Assembly: GCA_001275005.1 (NCBI GenBank) | Contig: JWZX01003275.1 | Span: forward strand, 1 to 32,583 | Direction: 5' to 3' | From: Chrysochromulina tobinii | Lineage: Eukaryota | Length of the DNA stretch: 32,583 nucleotides | In this document: positions 8,778 to 17,853 of the stretch, piece after piece | Numbering within the stretch: position 1 is the stretch's first letter | Layout of the letters: every line of letters starts with the position of its first letter | Made by a program: the position numbers and the translations under genes | Notes under the pieces: generated by a model | Told to the model about the DNA's origin: nothing | The model's input: only the letters and a program-made list of their open reading frames with translations | The model's database searches: none

Positions 8778-9665
8778 CTACGCCTCGTTTGCCTCCTCTG
8801 GGTTCTGAACCTCTGCCGGCGCCTCCCGCGATGCGAGTGCCCCTATGAGGACTGGCAAACGCTGCCTTGCGGCGGCCACACATGCGGCGAGACCGCCGTC
8901 TGGGAGTGGCGCGCCGCCGGGCTTGTGCACGGCTCGCAGCTCGCCCTGGCAGTCGAGCAAGACGGTGACCGCAGTTGAGCTGAGGGCCTCCTCCTCGGCG
9001 CAAGGGTCGAGGATGAGCGTGCCCGCGAGCACGCCGAAGCTGAACGGGAAGAGCGGTTGTACCACGCGCACCGGCAGCGCCGCCTCGGCTTGCACGGTCA
9101 GCGCACCCGTGGCCTCGTCGCTCGCCACGCGCGGCAGCCGCACGCTCGCCAGCGCTGCCATCATAGCCATCATTGCCGCGTCCGTCAGGTTGCCATCGTG
9201 CTCAAGCACGCACAAGTCGCAATAGCAGCTCCAGACGGCCGTGCCTTCAGCTATGCAAAGTGCCTCTAGGTCCACTAGGCCACTATTCGCCGTGCGCTGC
9301 AGCATTTCAACCAGCACAGCCTTTTCTCGGTCCAACCGGCCGATGCTGATGCCGCCACCACCTCCACCGACACCTCCGTGCGCCGCTGCAACGGCGGGTG
9401 AGCAACTGGCCGGAAGCTCGAGGTTGACCACCACGCGACCCCGTGAGGGCTCCGCCTCCGAGGGCGTCGTCGGGTCACATTGTACACCAGCAAGCACTGC
9501 GGTCTGTCCAAGGTGAACGAGCACTGAGCCGTCGGTCGATGAGAGCGAGGCATCGCGCACTGATAGCTTGCGCGCAGCGAGCAGCGCGCGCCCGTCGGGC
9601 CGTACGCCGCGCTGCACGTGCGCGCGGTGGTATTCTAGGGGGTCGAGGACGCGCAGGAGGGCCAT
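8778..9665 (-). CDS. RRP43: Exosome complex RNase PH-like subunit RRP43/EXOSC8
   Basis: ATG at 9665: MALLRVLDPLEYHRAHVQRGVRPDGR...GSVLVHLGQTAVLAGV...DLEALCIAEGTAVWSCYCDLCVLEHDGNLTDA...LDPCAEEE...HKPGG. Confidence 0.88.
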   Translation of the reverse strand: MALLRVLDPLEYHRAHVQRGVRPDGRALLAARKLSVRDASLSSTDGSVLVHLGQTAVLAGVQCDPTTPSEAEPSRGRVVVNLELPASCSPAVAAAHGGVGGGGGGISIGRLDREKAVLVEMLQRTANSGLVDLEALCIAEGTAVWSCYCDLCVLEHDGNLTDAAMMAMMAALASVRLPRVASDEATGALTVQAEAALPVRVVQPLFPFSFGVLAGTLILDPCAEEEALSSTAVTVLLDCQGELRAVHKPGGAPLPDGGLAACVAAARQRLPVLIGALASREAPAEVQNPEEANEA

Positions 9666-9711
9666 GCGTTGGGGAGCGCCACGTCGTCCGTCCGAGGCCT
9701 GTTTGTTTGGT

Positions 9712-9750
9712 GTCAAGCAAGTCAAGTCAAGTCAAGTCAAAGTCAAGTCA
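9712..9750. repeat. (TCAAG)n pentanucleotide microsatellite
   Basis: gtcaagcaagtcaagtcaagtcaagtcaaagtcaagtca, about 50 bp upstream of the RRP43 start. Confidence 0.85.
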
Positions 9751-9806
9751 AGAAAAACAAAAAAAGTTCTCAGAACCTCGGGCATGCAGGATAGGTGTCG
9801 AGGGAG

Positions 9807-9884
9807 GGCGTGGGCCTCCAGGGGATGAGTTGAGAAGCGTGGGCCTCCAGGGGAATCATTGAGGGGGAATCATTGAGGGGAATG
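9807..9884. repeat. Short direct repeats
   Basis: GCGTGGGCCTCCAGGGGA occurs twice, followed by tandem GGGGAATCATTGAG units. Confidence 0.7.
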
Positions 9885-10119
9885 GACTTGCGACTTCCGC
9901 TAGTCGCATCTCGCAAGTCCGAGAGGGACTTTGTTTCGACTAATCCATGGATGATGGAAGAGATCCTCATCCTGCCCAAGAACTCTGATCACGGACGAGG
10001 AGTTCGAGAGATACGATGATACGTAAGTGCTCGCACACACGGTCACAGTGTCTCACTCACAGTCAGTCTTTACGTTGATCTCAATCCCCGCGCACGCATG
10101 CGCGCGCCTTTGTCTGCTC

Positions 10120-11314
10120 TCAAAACGTGTGGTGGCCGACGGCGAGGGCGGTGGTGAGGATGCCGAAGACGAGGAAGGGCTGCGCCGCGGCCTGGTACTT
10201 AACGTCGTTGGCCACGGGGTCCTGCAAAAAGGAATATTGCGAAAAGATTTGGGGCAGCACGAGGCCGAAGAGGAGGGTCGCGTAGAAGCCTTCGCCAATC
10301 GACCAGAGGTAGGCGGCGACGCCCAGCTGCGTGAGGTCAATCGAGGCGACGCAGATCCACTTGGCCGTGTCGATGCCAAAGGCGACTGGCAGCGAGTTCA
10401 TGCCAAGAGCCCGATCTCCCTCGATGGACTTGAAGTCGTTTACGATGGCGATGCCGAGGCCGGCGATCGAGTAGAGGATGGTGAGCACGATCTCCTGCGG
10501 GCTGATCGAGGCGGCGTCGAACATGGCGTGCCCGCACCACCACGGCAGTGCAATGTACGACGAGCCGAGCGCGTACGTGCCCAGCCAACCCTCGGACTTG
10601 AGCTTGAGCGGCGGCGCCGAGTAGATGTACGCCATGAAGCCGCCAAAGGTGGCGACGGCGGTGATGACGGGCCAGTCGTTGGCCGCCCAGCCATCGAGCC
10701 GGCTGGCGAGCAGCAGGCCGCCCCCGATCAAGAACGCGATCTGCGAGTACACCTCCCACGGCTTGATCTTGCCCGATGGGATTGGCCGATAGGGCTCGTT
10801 GATCGCGTCGAGCTCGCGGTCGTACCAGTCGTTGATGGTCTGCGTGAAGCCGCACATGAACGGGCCAGCGAGCACCATCGCGCAAAGCGCCTTGATGGTG
10901 TCCTCGCCCACGACTGCCCAGCTGTCCGTCGTCGGCGCGTCGCCGAAGAGGTTCCACACCGCATGGTAGTTGCCTGACGCGGCCGCGCCGCACGCGACGC
11001 CCCCAGATGAGCGGCACCCAAGTGGCGGGTTTGGTGAGCTGCAGCCGGATCTTCCAGTTGAGGAACTCTTTGCCAGTAGCCTCCTTGGCACCCTTTAGCC
11101 CGAGCAGCTGCCGGATACCGCCACTGCCGTCCTCGGCTTCTGCGTTCGTCTCGGCTGCAACTGGCTGCTGCTGCATCGCGAGCGGCACGGAGCGCGTCGC
11201 GAGCGCCAGTCGGGGACGTGCGGGCCGCATGGCCGTCGATGCCGGCGCGCGCAACGCGCCCGCACACCCGCAGGACGCAGCCAGCGCGGCGAGCAACCAG
11301 GCGCAGCTCCCCAT
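10120..11314 (-). CDS. chlG: Chlorophyll synthase with bipartite plastid leader; apparent 1-nt frameshift at 11000-11004
   Basis: IRQLLGLKGA...WKIRLQLTKPATWVPLIWG | VACGAAASGNY...TQTINDWYDRELDAINEPYRPIPSG...IVNDFKSIEGDRALG...NDVKYQAAAQPF. Removing one base from the 5-base run joins the two frames. Hydrophobic signal peptide MGSCAWLLAALAASCGCAGA. Confidence 0.95.
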
Positions 11315-11758
11315 CTTCCGACGATCGGGCGAGATGTAAATCTTGCTCGATTACCTGTCACAGACCCAAGAGGGGGGCCGGTAGGACGGCTCGCACTATG
11401 ATTAGGTGCGAACTTGGGCTGCGATCCCTTTCGCTTCGCTCGATCGCGGCGGTACTGTGAATCGCCCTCCTCTCGCCGTTGCACGGTATGCAATGCGTCA
11501 GACTGCGTTGGTCGCGCTTCGCTGCGCGACGAGCCTGTCGTGGCTGGCCTGGATCGAAAGCTGCGCCGCCCTCGCTGCCCCGCTCCTGTCTGAGGTCACG
11601 CCACGCTCCGCGCGGCCGCAGCAGCAGTTGCTATCCTGGCGCTTGAAGCTCCTTTCCCTCTCGCAAGCGCTTCATGTATCGCTGCTGCTCACCTTGGTCG
11701 CGCCCGCCTTTCACAGGCACGTGTTCTTTGTGAGCTCGCAGCAGCAGCAGCAGTAGCC

Positions 11759-12197
11759 ATGGCTGAGGTCGAGGAGACGCTCAAGCGCATCAACTCGCAC
11801 AAGGGTGTGCAGGGCATCGTCATCATGAACTCAGACGCGGTGCCGATCCGCTCCACATTTGACTCTGCAACTGCAACGAAGATCTCTGCTTCGATCAAAC
11901 CGTTGGCTGAGAAGGCGCGCAGCGTGGTGCGCGACCTCGATCCGCAGAACGACCTCACCTTCTTGCGCATCCGGAGCAAGAAGAACGAGACACTGGTGCG
12001 CCGTTGCCACGGCCAGAGCTGCTGCCTCGAACAAGAGACCGAGAATGTTGGCGAACATGGCCTCTCTGTGCACCACATAACCTCCTGCCGCGTCGCGCGC
12101 TCGATCACCTTATCCTCACACGCGCGTGCATCGTCTTCAGGTGGCGCCCGACAAAGACTTTATCCTCGTTGTGGTCCAGAACCCGAATGTTGAGTGA
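11759..12197 (+). CDS. DYNLRB: Dynein light chain roadblock/LC7, 2 exons (11759..11995, 12141..12197), 97 aa
   Basis: [19 protein letters not shown]...[23 protein letters not shown], then intron GTGCGC...TTCAG (11996..12140), then [18 protein letters not shown]. Confidence 0.95.
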
Positions 12198-13070
12198 GCG
12201 TGGGCTGTGTGGCGTGGGTGTGGTGGGCGGCACACAACGAGCATCATGCGGCGGCACTGGAGCGATCAGTCGGTACGTGTGCAGGAAAGGAGGCGGCGGC
12301 GGAGACGTGGCGGCGGACGCGCCGGCACGAGAGCAGCCTGAGCTGATGTGGTACAGGCGTGGTATACGCGTCGCGCTGATGGACCGCGCGGCAGCAAATG
12401 CAGGCGTGGCAGTTGCCGTGGCCACGATGCGTGCATCCTGCACGGCTCGCATTCCTCATCTCCGCAACTCCATGGCATGCCCCCAAAATCCATCTGTACA
12501 CTGCTGTACAGATCCCACCCGCTCGGTCTGCAGGGCCCGATTTGTGATCGTCTTTTACGCACTCGGCCACTCGTACTTACGCTCTGTCCGTGTTGCCATG
12601 TGTGCGTGTGTGTATGTGTTTGCGCCTCAAAGTCTTTCGTCATGCAACATACTTTGAGGAGAAACTACACACTTTAACGACGCTCGGTCGCTGAATTCGT
12701 ATTGAGCCGATATCGGGATACATCGGGCTGGATCGTTGCAACATGCGCGGTGCGTGTAGAACCTCCACTCACACTGAGAGAGAGAGAAAGAGAGGGCGGC
12801 ACAAGCGGCGGTGTCGCCTCGGCGCGAATCCCCAAATATGAATCCGCTCCGGGGCCGGAATGAGCGCTCGCAGACACACGGTCTGGAGGCAACGCACGCA
12901 AAACTCTGAGAGAGAGCCTCAGAGCACTGTGCCCGCAATCGACGCGATGTGCTGGCGAGACGATCAACTCACCAAGATGAGTTACTGTTCCTCTTCCGTG
13001 TGCGCGCTAAGGCCTCCCCGTCGAGCGAACGTAGAGGGCATCGAGGGTTGGCAGTCACGCAGGAGAGTAC

Positions 13071-13650
13071 TCACTCACACTGCTTCAGGTAGAAGGCAGC
13101 GCTGCTAATTTTTGGCTTCGCCTCGAGTGCCTCCTTCGCCTTCCGATGGCCATTATTGCGCGAGGGCTTCGAAATGTCCGCATCATCCTTGATGGGAAGC
13201 GCCAGGATCACCTTGCGAAAAGAGGCGCTTTCCTGCGCCTTGCTCAGGTGCTGGCGGTAAAATTCACGAGTCATGCTCGGGTTGTCCTGCATGGAGAGCA
13301 TCATCTTGCTAATGAGCGGCAGCGGTTGGCCATAGTACCTCAGGTAGCGCTGCTCGCGCTCAGGCACCTCCTGGAGCTCGAAGGCACCCTCGTGTGGCAT
13401 GGAAAGGTGAGGCTGAGGCGGATTTCCTCTCGGTCTCGCTATGAACTCTCTAATCACAGAAGGGCCAGGAACAGGAACCAGTGCACATGGAAGCTGAAAG
13501 AGAGGTAGGCACGAGGGTCAGCGGGTCAGGGGGAAGGAACGTATAACCCCGGATATACACGGCATCGGCAGACTGAGACCGAGAGAGTCGCGGGTAAGAG
13601 GCCAAGCGGGATCGGGAGAGAGCCGGGGAGTGGAGCGCCATTGACTCCAT
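13071..13650 (-). CDS. Hypothetical multi-exon protein; structure uncertain
   Basis: Open coding-like exon from 13493 to about 13080, preceded by a branch point/polypyrimidine/TTCAG acceptor at 13494 and followed by a GTGAGT donor. A first exon may start at MESMAL (about 13650). No family recognised. Confidence 0.45.
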
Positions 13651-13804
13651 CCCCCGCTCCCCCGCTGCCCCGTGATCTATATCATCATCATGAACACGCC
13701 GCCGCCGCCGCCGCCGCCATCTGATACCAATAGACGACGCTCTAGACTGCGGGGCTCGGCGCTCCACTCCTCCGTCGCCTCGTCTCGACGCGCCGATGTC
13801 CGCC

Positions 13805-14425
13805 TCACGCCCTAGGCGTGCTCACCGTCGGCTTGCTGCGCGGGTGCTTGCCGGGCCCAAAGGCAGGGCGGTCGGCAGGGGCGACGCGAGTGGCCTCGGC
13901 CGCGTACTTGGAGTGCGAGATGAAGCAGCCGGTGGGCTCAGCCGCCGCGCGCGCCGCGCGCAGCTTGTAGAGCTCCTTGCGGCACGTGTGGTACCAGCCG
14001 GGCGTCTTCGACTTGCCGTACGCATCCGCCGACCACGAGACGGCAGAGGCCGCGTCATTGAGCGTGCGGTACGGCGCCGACGACGGCCGCTGGCCGACGG
14101 CCGCGCCTACTGCGCCAGCACTAGTGGGCCCTGCGAGGATGGCATCACCATTCAATGCGGCCTCAGTGAGCGCTCGCAGATTGGCGACGAGCGCGGCGAG
14201 CTCGGACGCCGCAGCCGCGTCTTTGGCCGCGAGCTTGAGCTCAAGCGCGGCCACCTGCGCCGACAGCTTTGATACCTCCTCTTTTAGTGCGCGCTGTCGC
14301 TTCACCTCGGCAACTGCGAGCTGCTGCCGGAGGCCAGGGTTGCTGACCTCTTGCTTGCGCAAGGCGTTGCCCACGAGGCCCGGCTGCGGCTTGTGGAGAG
14401 GCGGTGCGGCAACGAAAGTGGCCAT
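13805..14425 (-). CDS. Hypothetical protein with N-terminal coiled coil
   Basis: ATG-initiated 206-aa ORF with coding-like codon usage and a heptad-like segment (LKEEVSKLSAQVAALELKL). Confidence 0.7.
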   Translation of the reverse strand: MATFVAAPPLHKPQPGLVGNALRKQEVSNPGLRQQLAVAEVKRQRALKEEVSKLSAQVAALELKLAAKDAAAASELAALVANLRALTEAALNGDAILAGPTSAGAVGAAVGQRPSSAPYRTLNDAASAVSWSADAYGKSKTPGWYHTCRKELYKLRAARAAAEPTGCFISHSKYAAEATRVAPADRPAFGPGKHPRSKPTVSTPRA

Positions 14426-14801
14426 CTAGTCTTGGACTGCCCAGCGATAGTCGCCTCAGTGTAGAGCGCGCGTCCACGAAGAAAAACGTTTCAACACTTG
14501 ACGATTTGGGGTCGACACTATTTTATGCCTCCTTGTGCTCGCTGCACAGCTTCATCGTTCGGAGCTCTTCGCCTCTCGGTTTTATTACTACAACCGTTCC
14601 CGGGTCAGTACACCGTGGCGGGCGACGACCCGCGGCGGACGGGCGGGGCCGACAGCCCATGCGACAGCGCGTCACGTTCTCTTCCGTCACGCGTCGTGCA
14701 GCGGCGTGACACGCGTCTTGTTTTCCGGTGCACGCGCAACGCGGCCAATCGGAGTCGGCGCGCGGACATTCGGCGCGCGGATCTTCATCAATGCAAGCCT
14801 G

Positions 14802-15617
14802 TCACTTTGTCGCACCGCCATATTTGAAGCCATCCCCTAAGTAGCCGGCCGACGCATTCTCTGGCTGGTCCTCGCCCTCCTCACACTTGCTCGAGTCGAT
14901 CTCACACGGGTCGAAAGTGTTGAACGTCTTCTCGATGCCCGCATTGCGATACACGCCTTTGAAGCCGCCAAACCGGAAGGGTCGCGGGGACCGCTGCTGC
15001 ACAGCAACATAGAAGCTGACCGTCTTCGACTCGCCCTTAGGGATGTTGATCGGAATGCTCGCAAGGGGAGACCCCTTGGTCGTCGGATCGAGCGCTGTGG
15101 ACGCGGCCGCAAAGCCCTCAGCGTCGAACAGGAACCCGAAGATCTCGATGGCGCTCGTCGTCTTCCGACGGCCCTGCTCGGTGAGCGAATCGAACACGCA
15201 CGGCACAGCATCTCAGCGCCGCGCGAAAGTGTGCAGTACGAGCTGATGCTGAGCCATTTTCCTCACGTTGTTCGTCGCAACGCATGTGACCTCGAGGCAG
15301 GACCAAGGGCCGCCCTTGGATGGGACGAAGAAAGCACTCGGACATGCGGGGAGCTCCTTGTAGGACTGCTCCGAAATGAGCACCTCCACGCCGCTGCCCG
15401 TAATCGAAGGCCCTATGTCGTTCCGCAGCGCACCGCTGAAGCCAATCTCATTGGCCTGGCCGTCAACGGCAAAAACAGCGGTCGGGAGCAGCGGCAGGAG
15501 AGCAATAGATGCAGCGCCGTGGAATGCCGAGCGGCGGCTGACGGACTCTAGCCGAGGACTCACATTCGGCCCTGGCGTGAGCGCAAGCGCCAGCGAAAGG
15601 AGGCTGAGCCCGATCAT
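14802..15617 (-). CDS. Putative thylakoid-lumen protein of unknown function, 2 exons (15267..15617, 14802..15173)
   Basis: Signal peptide MIGLSLLSLALA, then twin-arginine SRRSAF, a hydrophobic stretch and AVFA. Intron GTGAGG...GAGCAG (15174..15266) removes an in-frame stop. Confidence 0.8.
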
Positions 15618-15736
15618 GTCGGAGATTGGAAGTGTCTTGGAAGGATGACGCCCGCACTCTCCCTTTGCACAACTATCTGACTCGGCAATTGATAGACTCT
15701 TCATCGTTCCCTACCGCGTTGAATTGACGAATTCGG

Positions 15737-16895
15737 ATGTCCGACGACGCCTCGGAAGACGACGTGCGAAGGGACCTTCCATCGGCCTCGATCGTCAAGG
15801 CCAAGTACCGTGCGGATGGGGCACCCGAGTTCGATGCTGCCGACTTCAAGGAGATGGAGGCCCGCGCGCGTGGGCCAGACGTGCTGACGCCGCAGGAGAT
15901 GGCAATCGTCCTCGAGGCCAAGGAGGAGGGCAATGCCAAGTTCAAGGCTGGCCGTGTAGAGGAGGCCTGCCAGAAATACAACTGCGCTCTTCAGACCTAT
16001 GCTAATCGACCCGGCGGCACGCCCGATCAGCGCCGTGAAAAGAGCAAGCTGTACGCCAACCGCGCCGAGTGCCTGCTGCGGCTAGAGCAATGGCTGGCGG
16101 CCGAGCAGGCAGCATCAAAGGCCATCCAGCTCGACGCGGACAATGTCAAGGCACACTACCGGCCGTGCGCGCGCACTCGAGGTACTTGGCGGCGATGAGC
16201 ACCTCGAGGCAGCATTGGAGGCGCTGGGCCGCATCGAGGCTCGAGGCGGCATGGAACCAGAGTCGGACAAGTTGCGCCGCCGGCTGCATGCAGCTCGTGA
16301 CGAGCTGCGGCTCGTGCGCCGGCGCGACGCGGGCTGTCTCCGCAGGGCCTTCGTATCGGGTGACCTCAAGCTCACACGTGAAGAGTACGCGTCCTCGACC
16401 TCAGCGAGCGCGTCGGTCGACGCGCCCGCGCCGGCGACCGTGCCGAGCTGGCAGCTCCCTATGATCTCCAAAGGAGCTGAGACGCAGCGCCGCTACCTGA
16501 TCGACGTGTATCGCACCGCCGTCGAGGACGCGCGCCAGAACGGCAAGCCGGGCCGCACTGCTCATGGTTTGGGCGCGCCGAGCTACTCGCCTGCGAGCTT
16601 GCTCATGGACTTTCTCATCTTCTGCAAGCTGCTCCGGGATCGCGGCGTGCTGCCGTCGGAGCCGCCGTGGGATTGGGATGCATTCCTGACGCAGGCGGCG
16701 CCCTTGCTACTCCGCCATTTCCACCCGGAGAAGTCGCAGCCGGCCGCGCTCTACGGCCCCGAGGCTGGCTCCGCCCGGGCGATTCGAGCGCTTGTGGCCA
16801 TTATCTACGACTGCGCTGATGGCGGTGGCGGGAGCGGCGACGTGGACGGGAGCGGGAGCGGCGGTGACAGGGCTGGTGGCGTCGGCGGCGGTGGC

Positions 16896-16926
<31 letters not shown>

Positions 16927-17249
16927 ATGGCAATGGACGTGAGGAAGGCGGCGGTGAGGAAGGCGGCGGTAGCTTGGCTGGACGCAGCAGCAGCGCACGA
17001 TCAACCAAGCAACCAACCAACAAACGGCGCACCACGTCGCGTTCTTTTGGGGAGCTGCGTGAAGAGTGGATGCGCGCCGTTGGTTACGTCGACCGGGCCG
17101 GTGGCGACGGTGACGAGGACTCGTCTGTGGCGCCACGCCTTCACCTACTTAGCTTTGATCGCAGCCCAGCGATGTTCAATGACGTGGGCGGCCTCCTTCC
17201 ATGGCGCCGCCTGCTGAACGATCTTGCACAGGCTACGGGCCGTTTGTAG
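15737..17249 (+). CDS. TPR-repeat protein with an uncharacterised C-terminal domain; apparent 1-nt frameshift at about 16163
   Basis: EAKEEGNAKFKAG...LYANRAECLLRLEQW...AIQLDADNVKAHYR|RARALEVLG. Deleting one C in GGCCGT completes the third TPR and joins ORFs 15737..16198 and 16143..17249. Confidence 0.85.
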
Positions 17250-17268
17250 AGCCATTGGTAGACTGGGG

Positions 17269-17734
17269 CTCGTTGCGCGGAACGCGTTGGGGTAAGCATT
17301 CGCAAACATTCGCACACGCTATTGATGATTTTTCGATTCCAAATGTTTCGACCACCGCATCCGCGCGCATACGCGACATTTATCTTCGTCGCGCGTCCTC
17401 AAACGCGACATCTTTCGTCCTCGCGACCTAACGTAAATGCACACGGAAAGGAATGTATCGTGCGAGCTAGGGGATTACCTCTACGCTTGCTGAGGGAGTT
17501 CTGAGGGAGGAGAAGGCTCGGGACGCCCCCTGTGCTAGTCTATACCTCTCTCAGAGCCCTGGACAGCACCTTCTGGTTTACCTCTCACAGGCCGTCGTCG
17601 CCGACTCGCCGTGCGAGAATGAGTCGCCGCTTTTTTCGCCGTCAGTCGCCGAGAAAGCATTGAGGATTTTCCAGCACGTGTGATTCGGTGATCGCTTTTT
17701 CAATCCTCGTTGCGCAGAGCGCGTTGGGGTAAGC
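17269..17734. repeat. 29-bp direct repeat pair flanking a 408-bp spacer
   Basis: CTCGTTGCGCGGAACGCGTTGGGGTAAGC (17269..17297) versus CTCGTTGCGCAGAGCGCGTTGGGGTAAGC (17706..17734); 27/29 identical. Confidence 0.8.
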
Positions 17735-17853
17735 GTTAGGTAAGCTTTCGCTCACAACTCGACGCTCTCGCCGTGCCGACCCCATGGCCGTGCGCCCCAC
17801 CCAACGCCCCCAGCCTCACCCCCGCCGCCACTTCTGGCGCTTGGGCGCACCGT

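Noticed and set aside
9807..9884. CRISPR-like repeat-spacer pattern
   Set aside because: Only two copies per unit, no regular spacers, no cas genes, and a eukaryotic context.
11000..11004. Programmed ribosomal frameshifting in chlG, TPR or PI3K
   Set aside because: There is no shared slippery heptamer or stimulatory structure. Homopolymer sequencing error is the simpler explanation.
11406..11756. ORF between chlG and roadblock
   Set aside because: Non-ATG start, no family features, and it lies in the divergent promoter/UTR region.
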